From positions 225,062,001 through 225,126,000 of the forward strand of contig NC_086097.1 in NCBI RefSeq assembly GCF_963921235.1: a DNA stretch of 64,000 nucleotides, given 5' to 3'. Both the position numbers and the translations under genes were made by a program. This document shows, in pieces, positions 1 to 10,337 of this stretch. The DNA comes from Mobula hypostoma (lineage: Eukaryota). The notes beneath the pieces were generated by a model. That model saw nothing but the letters and a program-made list of their open reading frames with translations, had not been told where the DNA came from and made no database searches. Within the stretch, counting starts at the first letter, position 1; the number at the start of each line of letters is the position of its first letter.

Positions 1-168
1 ATATCTACATGTTCAAGCTTTTCAGTCTGCTGAAAGTCATCACTACAATACCCAAGATCCTTTTCCATAGTGAATACTGAAGTAAAGTATTCATTAAGTA
101 CCTCTGCTATTTTCTCCGGTTCCATACACACTTTCCCACTGTCACACGTGATAGGTCCTATTCTTTCA
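1..168 (-). mobile_element. CR1/HER1-type LINE ORF2 fragment (cut by the window edge)
   Basis: Matches the in-window CR1 at ~41140-41240 (gtgaatactgaag..aagtattcatt). The minus strand encodes the LNEYFxSVFT region. Confidence 0.75.
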
Positions 169-169
169 A

Positions 170-770
170 GGCAAAACTTGCATAAAATACAACAAAGCAG
201 GACACGTACAAGGAGCATGTTGTGCAAACAAAAATAAATGAACAACACAGAGAAGAGAAAAAGATGAAAATTCAAGCTGCAGTTTCAAAGAGAACCCTAA
301 TATGATTGCTGTTCATTAAAGATGTGATCATGATGAGAGTGACAAAGGACTGGCTGGTCTTGAAATTTGCAGTGTGAAAATTCACAATATACAAGCAAAA
401 TGTGTATATTGCTTACACCAGAAGTTATTGGTAAATTAATTAAAATAAAATTGTATGCTGCTTCCATGTTTCAGTCACTCCACAAACTAAGTTTGAACAG
501 CTTATCAAAGATAACAAACTGAAGTCTGCAGATATCCAAACAAGAACATATAATGGAGAAAAGTTAACTCCTGTGGCAATGACGTTCATAACAGTGAAAT
601 ACAACCAGCAAGCCACAGTGAGCTTGTATGTGGTAAAAATTGAAGGACCAGCTTTGTTGGGGCATAATTGGCTGAGACAACTGCAACTATATTGGAGAAC
701 CATCAACTATTCAAATGCTGGCAATGAAGCGAATTGAACACAAATAAGAAAGGTACTGGATAATCCCACA
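170..770 (+). mobile_element. Gypsy-type LTR retrotransposon remnant: gag zinc knuckle plus aspartic protease
   Basis: Manual translation gives a decayed CCHC knuckle (KTCIKYNKAGHVQGACCANKNK, ~174-240) and protease-region peptides (ADIQTRTYNGEKLTP, LYVVKIEGPALLGHNWLRQLQLYW, IRKVLDNPT). Confidence 0.7.
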
Positions 771-1285
771 ACTGTCTCCATGCTGAAGCCGTGAACTGTT
801 GCCAAACAGATGATGAACTGGTTTTGGCGCCAACCTCTATACGCCTCTGGTTGGAAAGCATATTGGACTAAAGAAGGACCTTGCTGCTCAGCAGAAGTGT
901 GAAAGTGGGAAAAGCAGTGGTTCTTGATCTCAATAGTTAACATAGGCAATGTACCTGAGAAAGGTTCTGATTTGTTAATCAGGCAGTTATTTGTGAAATG
1001 TGGCTTGGTTTTAAGCCAGAAGAGAATTCAAGGACCTCCAGGAAAGTTGCAAGCACTTAGCTTTTCTGAGTCGAAAGAACCAGATCCTGCTGTGTGTATT
1101 AAGGTTATTACATGAACTTCAAGTGGAAGACAAAAAGCTGTTTGTAAATAGATGCAAAGACCAAAGCCCAGCTGGATGAATAGAATGCCAAAAGGAAAGG
1201 AGTCAATGAAGATACATCAGAGGATTCATCAGATGATGTCTTGGAAGAGCAAACAATCAAGAGAGATTAGATCATAAAGGGAGCA

Positions 1286-1997
1286 TGTAGATTGGGAGAC
1301 TGCTTCGCTGAGCACTTATGCTCTGTCCTCCGGAAAAAGTGGGATCTTCCTGTGACCACCCATTTTAATTCTACATTCCATTCTTATTCTAACATGCCAG
1401 TGGGTTATATGGGAGGCAGGGTTTGAGAGTCGGCACAACATTGTGGGCCGAAGGGCCTGTAATGTGCTGTACTATTCTATGTTCTATGCCAATCCATGGG
1501 CTCCTCTACTGTCACAATGAGGCCACATTCAGGTAGCCTCCAACCTAATGGCATGAAGGTCGATTTCTTGAACTTACGGTAATGCCCCCTCCCCACTTCA
1601 CCATTCCCCATCCCCTTTTCCTTCTCTCACCTTATCTCCTTGCCTCACCATCACCTTCCTCTGGTGCTCCTCTCCACCCCCGATTCTTTCTTCCATGGCC
1701 TTCTGTCTTCTCCTATCAGATTCCCCCTTCTCCAGCCCCTTATCTCTTCACCAATCAAATATTCAGCTCTTTACATCCACCACCTCCCCCCTCCAGCTTT
1801 CACTTTTCACCTAGTGTTTCTTCCTGCCCTCCCTTGACCTTCTTACTCTGACTCCTCATCTTTTTTTCTCCAGTCCTGATGAAGGCTCTCGGCCCAAAAT
1901 GCTGACTGTACTCTTTTCCATAGATGCTGCCTGACTTGCTGAGTTCCTTCAGCATTGTGTGTTCGTTGCTTGGCATCTGCTGATTTTCTCTTGTTTC
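1286..1997 (+). mobile_element. Penelope-like element 3' fragment (GIY-YIG C-terminus plus pLTR)
   Basis: Encodes RLGDCFAEHL...THFNS...GSLQPNGM. Has a pyrimidine-rich tail and pLTR. 11-bp TSD taaagggagca at 1275-1285 and 1998-2008. Confidence 0.88.
1400..1485 (+). mobile_element. CR1 3' tail nested in the Penelope fragment
   Basis: ggcacaacattgtgggccgaagggcctg...ttctatgttcta tail. TSD atgcca at 1394-1399 and 1486-1491. Confidence 0.85.
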
Positions 1998-2190
1998 TAA
2001 AGGGAGCAACAGAGGGATTGATAAAAGAATACTCTAGTGAACTAAGTGCATCTTCCCAAGATCAAGATGCTCAAACTAGAAGAAAAAGGAAAACGATGGA
2101 GAGAAAGAGTGTGAATGAGAAAGAGAATGGTGTGAAGAGAGAAGAAATATTAAAAGAATTGGAGTAGATATAGAGGGAGGAAAGAAGGAT

Positions 2191-2586
2191 AGAGGGTGGC
2201 TGAAGCTGTTGGAAACACGTTCTGCAGGCATAGAGTCAATTCCTACAACTATCCTGGAGGAGGCCTCAGAACCTGAGTTTGTTTTCACAGCCTGAAGTCT
2301 CACTGGCCAAGCAGAATGATCCACATTGTCAGGAAAGACATTATCCCACAAGAGTAAGAAATCTTCCACAGCGATTAAATCTTTATTCCTGAATAGGATA
2401 ATTTAAAAATTTATTATGTTGTGGATTTCTGTATATAGTAATTGTATTATATACTGTGTATATAGTTGAGATGCATTCTCTGTTGTGTTGGAGTTTATTT
2501 ATATATAGTTTGATTAAGCATTCTTGCTCATTTAAATAATTCTTTATGGGTTACATGTATAAGTATGTTAATTGCATATGTCATCA
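2191..2586 (+). mobile_element. Gypsy-type integrase C-terminal tail plus probable 3' UTR/LTR remnant
   Basis: Translates to ESIPTTILEEASEPE...QPEVSLAKQNDPHCQERHYPTRVRNLPQRLNL, resembling the RRYPxRxRxPP terminus of Gypsy Pol. AT-rich sequence follows. Confidence 0.65.
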
Positions 2587-3649
2587 GTCATGAGTAAATG
2601 GCAGAGCAGACTGAATAGGCTAGATGACCTATTTCTGCTCCTGTGTCAGTGAATCTAACTCAGTCTGCATTCCATCATTATGACTTTTTCCTCCCAGTTT
2701 GAAAATGTTTCCTTGGGCCTTCCACATGGAGGACAGGTAAGCTCGTTAGTGATTTATGAGCAAAAGGTCCTAGAGAAAAGGCTTCGGGAGCTTCTCCATA
2801 GTTTTCAGGTTGGCAGATAAGCTACTGTATTTGCTTCCTCATTTCAAGCTCTGAGCTGCTCACAGGGCTACCGATCAGGCATAAGATTGTGGTATTGAGA
2901 ATATTGCTCTGGGGGATTTGGAGAGCAGGAGCCAGCTGGTTGGGTGGGTGAGATGCTGCTTGCCCAGCGGAGGCTGAGGAATGGCATGCCTTAACTTGGA
3001 CTTTTGGGAGCCGGATCTCATGGGCACTATGTTGCTCATAACAACATGCATGTGTGCAGGCTTGGAGCTTTAGTTTCCTCACAGACCAATTTAGCAGATT
3101 TAGCTGGACCTGCTGTGTATCCCCGGGGGGCCGCATCCTGGAACCAGCCTCTGCTCCATTCCCTCTAGCCCTAGTTGATAGTAAGCGACTGGTACTAGAG
3201 AGGGAAGCAACTCGCTGGCTGGTGACCATTGTCTCAAGCATGTCATCTGACTACTGCCACATCTCTCAGGAGAGGGTGACCAGGCCTTTGGCCTTCACTC
3301 AAAAACATGGGAGGAAAGACCCAGGCTATCCTCTAGAGCTACAAGCAGCAGTATTGCCAGGACCTTCCATAGGACATGAAGAGCCATCCAGCAAGTTGCC
3401 AGATAGTAAATTAAGTGTCAGAAATCACTTGTAGGTACAGTGTCAGGAGAGATCAAGGTCTTTGCTCGTAAAATTTGCATCTGAGAAAGCAGCCTACTGG
3501 TGAGGTTACTTTTGGGATTAGAATAAGAACAGATTTGTTTAATGCTGATTTTTGTCAGATACTTGCAGTCACCTTTTGATGAAAAGAGAGATGGGCTGGT
3601 GTAGACCTGATCAGGGTTGCAGGCAAGTTAGCGGTACGTTGGTTGGCAT

Positions 3650-3935
3650 TATTTATTTATAGATACAGTGTGAAGCAGGCCTTTCAGCCCAATGATCTGC
3701 ATCTCCCAGCAACCCACCTATTTTTAGCTCGAGCTTAATCACAGGACAATTGATCAATTAACCTACTAGCTTGTACATCTTCGGACTATGCTCGGAAACT
3801 GGAGCACCCAAAGGAAACCTACACATTTAAGGGAAGAATGTACAGATTTTAATAGAGGACACTGGAATTGAACTCTGAAATACCACAATCCAAGCTGTAA
3901 TAGCATCGCACTAACCGCTGCGCTACTGTGCTACC
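3650..3935 (-). mobile_element. tRNA-derived V-type (HE1-like) SINE
   Basis: The reverse complement has a tRNA-like head (gtagcacagtagcgcagcggttagtgcg...gagttcaattcc) and a V-domain-like core (ggtttcc..gggtgctccagtttcc). Confidence 0.75.
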
Positions 3936-4352
3936 CGATTAGGGATAGTGGTTTTATAGGGGTTTCGGCAGAGCTGCTTGTGAATATCAAATTGCCTTGA
4001 GGAAGGAGCAGAGTGGGCGAGGGATCAAAGGATTCAGTGAAAGCACCATGAAAGAATCGGAGCAGTGAACTGTGTGGGCTCTAAACCTACAGACAAGTTC
4101 TACATCTTTGTCTTTTCTGTGCCACACCAGCATGGGCTAAGCAGGATGACGAAAGGACAGAAAATGTACTAAACATACTTTGCTGCTTCTCACTGACTTG
4201 CTGGTCCTGCCTCACAAGAAGATGTTCTGTTGCCCGGGGACGCTTCTCTATAAAATATTAATTTATTGATTCCAGCTGCTATGCAAAACTGGTTGACAGA
4301 CCTACACTTCTATCAGTTTGTTAATTTAATTAAGTCTTCTCTACTGCATTAG

Positions 4353-4464
4353 TTTATTAATTTGAAGCTCCATGATGACTTACTCATTTATTAATTCACC
4401 TGTGATTACTTCTTCATTAATTTATTAATTCATTGAAGCTGCTTGTCCTTTGAATTTATTCATT
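4353..4464. repeat. TTTATTMATT motif array with a 34-bp period
   Basis: The motif starts at 4353, 4387, 4421 and 4455, with diverged spacers. Confidence 0.6.
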
Positions 4465-5769
4465 CAGTGGTGGTAAGTGCCTTATCACAGATTTGCTCTG
4501 AAAAGCATCTGTCTGCAGGGAATTTAAGAACTTCCCTTATTCTAAATTTAATCTATGACTATTTGATCACTGCAGCTGTACTACCTGTGCCTTCCCATTC
4601 ATCAGTAACTTTTCATTGCTGTCAGTGAGTGATTGCTCCTGCATTTTTGAACACATGAACCTTGTACTTGTTAAACCTAAAAAGTACAAGGACCTTGGCA
4701 TTCTCCTCAACTGGAAAAGATGGGTTAAACATGCATTGTGAAGAACAGCAACAAGTATCTTTATTAGAGTCCACAGCTACAAAATCTTACAGTTTTCAAA
4801 ACCCAGGTATTGTTGCCGAAAGTACAAGCCCTGTAATCATAAAGTAATACAGCGTAGATACAGACCCTTCAGTCACATGAATCCAAGCCCACTGTGGTAC
4901 CCATTAAGCTGGTCCCTTCCCTGCATTCGGCCCATATCTTCCAAACATGCCCCTCCATGTACCTGTCCAAATGCTTCTTCATTTATCCATTCCAGACATA
5001 TTCTCCATACTCTGCATGGAAAAAGTTGCCCTTCAGGTCCCTTTTAAATCTTTTCCTTCTCATGCTAAACCTATGCCAATATTTCTGATCATCAAAGATG
5101 AATGAATGAACAATGAAGTAAGTAATAAAAGGAAATGCTTAAATTAGGCTGTAGTAAACGAAACAAAATTGTATTAATCAGTTACAGAAAAATAACAAAA
5201 ATCTACGTACCACCTCTCATGCTGGCAATGAAAATTATAAAGCTAAGGGACCAGGTTTGAAATGGACCTGTCTCCTCAGCTCAGGACTTTACTGAAGTCC
5301 TAGGACCCAATGATGGGACCTGGGGTGGAGGAAGCAGCCATCTAGGTCTGTGGCTGACTTCCAGCAAGTTCGCCTCTTCCATGCTGCAGTGCTCAACTGG
5401 AATGGAACATTACTGCTCAATACAGGCTGTCCGGCCCATGATGTTGTGCCAACCTCTTAACCTGCCCTAACATTAATCTAAACCTTCCCTTCTATGTAGC
5501 CTTCCAGTTTTCTATCATAGGTGTGCCTATCTAAACCTACTTATTAAATGCTCCTAATGTATCTGCCTCCACCACCACCCTTGGCAGGTTGTTCCATACA
5601 AACTGACATATTTACTGCAGCTAACTGGCAGCTCTCTAGCAAACCATTATTTTGTCATCCATGCAATCTGGCCCAATGCTTAATTGCACTTTAATTTAAA
5701 CAGTTTATTAATTGTATTTTTAATGTTTGTGTGACTCTTAAAGTCAACCTCTTATTATCACATACATTT

Positions 5770-6190
5770 TCCCCCTCCCCTTCAAAACCCCACTCTGCCA
5801 CCTCCCCTTTTCCTCTTCTCTTCTCCTCACCTCACCTGTTTATCACATCCCACTGGTGCCCCTGATCCTCCTCTGTCTCCTATCGTCTGCTCTCCTCTTC
5901 CCACCAGATTTCTTCTTCTCCTACCCTTTACATTTTCTGCCTGTCACCTTCCAGCATCTTACATCATCCCCCCACCCACCTGACTTCAACTATCACCTTC
6001 TAGCTTGTGCTCTTTCTCCTCCTCCTGCCTATTCCAGCTCCTTCCCCCTTCCTTTCCAGTCCTGTTGAAGGGTTTCTGCCTGAAGCAACAACTGTTATTC
6101 ATTTCCATAGATGCTGCCTGGCCTGCTGAGTTCCTCAAGCATTTTCTCTATGTTGCTTTGGATTTCCAGCATCTGTAGAATCTCTTGTGT
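5770..6190 (+). mobile_element. Penelope 3' tail/pLTR fragment
   Basis: Homologous to 1600-1997, including gatgctgcctggcctgctgagttcctc and a decayed hammerhead at ~6057-6093. Confidence 0.8.
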
Positions 6191-6337
6191 TAATATGATC
6201 ACACTTGTTATGACATCTCTTCATTCAACACGACCTGACATAACTTCTACAAAAGTCATGATTTTTGATCATCTTCACAATTTCTATTTACAAACAACAA
6301 ACATCCTTCCCTCAAGGCCACCAAATGGTTCTAACCT

Positions 6338-6413
6338 GCTCCCAATTTTGTCATCCTATTTTGGAACTGAGGTAAGCTCCCAATTTTGTCATCCTATTTT
6401 GGAACTGAGGTAA
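6338..6413. repeat. Perfect 2 x 38-bp tandem duplication
   Basis: gctcccaattttgtcatcctattttggaactgaggtaa occurs at 6338-6375 and 6376-6413. Confidence 0.95.
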
Positions 6414-6710
6414 GTTCCAACCTTATCTCTTCTCGGTCACTATGACAAATTACTTCCAACTTAGTAGCATTGCCTGCCGTTCCTTTTGTTTCAGCTCAGC
6501 TGCCGCTGAAATCCTCGTCCAAATCTTCGTCCCCTGTGCAACCATTGGTGTTCTTACGAACAGGCTTGAACCTATCATGGGATTACTTACAACTGCTAAT
6601 CAAGAGATGTGATCCCAAGTGTGGCCATTGATGGTGAGTTCCAAAAGAACTCTGCCTCCAGCACCCTAACACTGAGGCATCACACCTCTCCTCTTTGGCC
6701 TACATTGGAT

Positions 6711-6865
6711 ACACACACAAAATTCTGGAGGAACTCAGCAGGTCAGGCAGCACCTATGGAAGCAAATAAATGATTTCCTTCCATAGATGCTGCCTGACTT
6801 GCTGAGTTCCTCCAGCATTTTGTGTGTGTTTTTCAAGATTTCCAGTATCTACAGTATCTTTTTTG
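6711..6865. repeat. Penelope pLTR fold-back (51-bp inverted arms)
   Basis: 6711-6761 is the reverse complement of 6779-6829 with about 3 mismatches and a 17-nt loop. Confidence 0.9.
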
Positions 6866-7094
6866 TCTATATTAGTTATACATAATTTTTTTCATCCTTA
6901 TATTCATGCACATTTTATCTTTTTCCTGTAGCATCTTCCAGCTAAAAACTCTAAAATCACTACTGATTTCCAAAGCAGCAACTCATTTGTCTCGTCTGTT
7001 CTTTTCATTGGCAGCTAAGTTTTCAGCTACCTCAGCCCCAAGCTCTGGGGCTCTATCCATGAACTTTTGTAAGTGCAAGTAGGCTTTTTGCCCT

Positions 7095-7380
7095 ACAATT
7101 AGGGGTCATGGATTAAGGTAAAAACTTTTAAGGGGAACATGAGGGGAAACTTCTTTGCTCAGTGAGTTGTCAGAGTGTGGAACAAGCTGCCAGCACAAGT
7201 GGTGCATGCGAGCTCAGTTTTCAATGTTTATGAAAAGTTTGGATAAATATATGGATGGTAGGGCAATGAAGGGCTGAGCTCCAGGTGCAGGTCGGTGGGA
7301 GTAGGTATGTTTAAATAGTTCGGCACAAACTAGATGGGCTGTACTGTTTCTGTGCTGTAATCCTCTATGACTATGACTGT
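7095..7380 (+). mobile_element. CR1 3' end fragment
   Basis: RGHGLR..FKGN.RGNFF..RVWNKLP-type sequence followed by a ctatgactatgact tail. Confidence 0.8.
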
Positions 7381-9071
7381 AAGAATCTGGTCTTCTGGTC
7401 TCTAACTCCTCTTCTCATTCTCTCCGTCCACCCCCCATCCCCCACCATAATGTTTTAAGACAAGACCTCCCAGGCAAACTCTTCGTCAACCTGTCCTAGG
7501 TATAGATTATATCAACCAATCCTTCTTCTACGACATTATTATGTTGCCTTAATGGGAATATAGGAGTATTGTTTTGTTATTTTTAGTGAATTCTGAACTT
7601 GTTCTTTGTACTTTGAATTTTCAACTGAGTAATATATTCAGCTCTGTTAAGAGTTGATCTTTACACTTTGGCAGCTCATTCAGCCAATTTCAGCACAGCA
7701 TGTGCATGTTCATTAAAATAATAACCTGCTTAATGAATCCTACCATTGTGATATTAGATCCAGTAACACAAATAGTTTCTGTATCCAATTTTACTGTTCA
7801 ACAGTCCTAGTGCAATACTGAAACAGGAATGGAAACTTGGGACATTGTTCCATGGAGTCTGCTATCGGCTAACGCCCTTAAATAACCATGCTCCATCCCA
7901 TTCCCCATAATAAATCTCCCCTCCTTGTAGGAGGGAAGAGTTTAATTGATCTTAGAGTAGGTTAAAGGGAAAGCACAGCATCATGCTGTAAAGTTCTATG
8001 TTCTATAATAATGAGACCCTATCTGAAAACTTTGCCAGTCAGGCTGAAATAAATGAGTTCAATGCTCTTCACTCCAGGTTCATCCATTTTACAGCAGGAG
8101 ACCTGAAATTGTCACTATCTTTTGAAATTACTTATGTATTAACTTTGGGTCTGTTGGAAAGAATGCAATATCATAAATAGAACATTTTCCCCACTCTTTG
8201 AAGTTAAGTCACTTAATGAGGAAAAGATCATCCTTCTTCAAAATAAAGTTTTCCCTACCTAACGTCGGCAGCAGCTTTTCTGTACAATAAAAATTACTGC
8301 ACCAAACCCATATCAGATATTCCTGTGGGTGGATTTTAAAGACCAAATGCAAGTAGAACATTGGACAGACCTGGTCTGTCTGTGGTTGAATGAGGAGTGT
8401 TGGTTCCAGAGTTTAGGACAAGCCATCTGAAGCCACAGTCACCAACCACAGTAATAAAATTCTGAGAAGCAAAAAGGCTAGAATTGGAGGAGCACAGAGA
8501 TCTCACAGCCAAACTCTCAATAGTAGCAATGTTATAGATACATAGAACATAGAATAGTACAGCACAGTACAGGCCCTTGGGCCCACAATGTTGTGCTGAC
8601 CATTAAACCCTGCCTCCCATATAACCCCCAAGAGATAAGAGATAAGATCTTGGAGAATTGGTTCCTTAAGATTGTCATAGCTGGGGGAGGTAGTGGGGTA
8701 ACTTCCTACTAGCTATTAAATGCTACTAATGGTGTGTATCTCAAAAAGGCTCTGACTACCTAGTCCAGTTCATGGCCTTCACATGTGGCTTAGCCACTAA
8801 ACCTGTCAGAACCATTTCTACTGACAGGAGAAGGGGCAGAGGCAGGTTTATGGTGCTTTAAAACCAGTTGCTTTAGGCAGATGGGGCTTGTCGGCCATGG
8901 TTGGCTAGGAGAAGGTAAACTCTGGTCTCAAATCTCCAATGCCTTGTGGCTATACACACTCAAGGGGAAGCCTTCAGGAGTAAACCCCGAGGGAAAATTC
9001 TGGAGCTGATGTCCCTAAGGTAGTTCTACATTGAGTTCAACACTGACTGGCAACTTCTGCGAAGCCATTGG

Positions 9072-10337
9072 TTTCAAAAGGTGGGTGTTGAAGGCGGACC
9101 CAAATGCAAGACACAGACACTGAGGTACTGGGAACAGGACTTGGAGTGTCAAGGAAGCAAGGGAAGTGGGAAAGAAAGGACGCTTGTCATTGACTAGGAG
9201 CTGGGACAGGAACACAGACTTGGGCTAGGACTTTGGCTGGGAAAGCGGGACCAGGACAAGGAAATGGGAACTAGGAGCCTGGGTTTGGACTCCGAGCCAG
9301 AGACTGGACAAGGACCCAGAACCTGGGTCTTGACTCGAGCTCGGACCCCGGAACTAGGCGAGGACATGATGTGGCTGCAGGACTGGACATGGCTTGGGTT
9401 CATCGAGGCTTGGGTACAGGACTAGATGTGAGACTCCTGGACAGGACGAGGGAACTCCAGCACCGGACGAGAGATCTCCAGCACAGGGCTGGGCGAGGTA
9501 CTCCTGGGCTGGGCGAGGCACATGGACAGGACGAGACACATGGACAGGACGAGAACACGAAGCCATGACTTGGTCTTGGGAGACAGGAACCTCAGAGCCT
9601 TGGACTTGAGCACGGGAAACTCAGAACACAGAGCCGGGACCCCTTCTTGGGAGCAGGATGTAGGGCCGGGACTCATACACAGCACACAGAGCCAGGGCCC
9701 CCTCCTTGAGAACAGGACCAAGGGCCAGGGCTCTTTCTATACACAGTATACTGAATACAAAGAGACAGTTCTCCACTCAGGGTAGTAGCAAACGGCCAGA
9801 CCTACCCAGCGGAGGCAAGGACACAAACAGACGGTTCTCAACACAAGGTAGTGGAAAATGGCCGGACCTACTTTGCAAAGGTGAGGACACAGAGACAGTT
9901 CCCAACTCAAGGTAGTGGCAAACAGCCAGACCTACCTAGCAAAGGCAAGGACACAAAGAGACAGTTTTTAACACAAGGTAGCGGCAAACGGCCAGACCTA
10001 CCTAGTAAAGGTGAAGACACAAAGAAACAATTCCAAACAACAACAAACTGTTCCTTATCTTGATATAGCAAGGCCCCGGTCTTGGTCTGGCAGTTGAACT
10101 TGACAGCATTACAGGCAAGGTTGCAGGCAAGGCTTCAGAAGAAAGGGGAAGAGAAGGGAACAGTTCAGCAAATGAAGCTGAACCCAGGAGCTATTTATGT
10201 AACCAGCCCAAAATGAGAACCAGGTGCCTCAGTTGAGGCACTCAACAGAACAAGGGGAAAAACAGGAAAACCCGGAACAAGGATCGGTGGACCGGACTGT
10301 GAACCGGAATGCGGACTTCAAAGACCGGACTATGACA
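9072..10337 (-). mobile_element. Solo-LTR-like element (1266 bp) with internal minisatellites
   Basis: The minus strand starts TGTCA and has ttgcatttgggtcc near its 3' end. 5-bp TSD attgg at 9067-9071 and 10338-10342. No coding homology seen. Confidence 0.7.
9757..10035. repeat. ~65-bp minisatellite, just over 4 copies
   Basis: The unit acaaagagacagttc...aaacggccagacctacc...ggcaaggac starts at about 9757, 9823, 9888, 9953 and 10019. Confidence 0.9.

Larger units (their letters stand above)
771..2190 (+). pseudogene. RBM25: Processed, disabled RBM25 fragment (RRM region to RE-rich tract), split by a Penelope insertion
   Basis: Peptides in order: TVSM, VGKHIG, IGNVPEKGSDLLIRQLFVKCGLVLSQKRIQGPPGKLQA, LRLLHELQVEDKKLFVK, DAKTKAQLDE*, RD*IIKGA, then after the insert KGATEGLIKEYSSELSASSQD. 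These are collinear with vertebrate RBM25 as I recall it. Has frameshifts and stops, and no GT-AG introns. Confidence 0.9.

Noticed and set aside
924..1115. RBM25-like ORF as a functional gene or exon
   Set aside because: It has frameshifts, in-frame stops (e.g. LDE*), no splice sites and a TE insertion.
2822..3434. 139-aa and 126-aa ORFs
   Set aside because: No recognisable domain beyond a weak LNWSVRKL resemblance to LINE endonuclease starts, which is too weak to call.
9194..10063. Dense overlapping ORFs and a CRISPR-like look of the periodic repeats
   Set aside because: They are by-products of minisatellites in an LTR-like element. There are no unique spacers or cas genes, and the context is eukaryotic.
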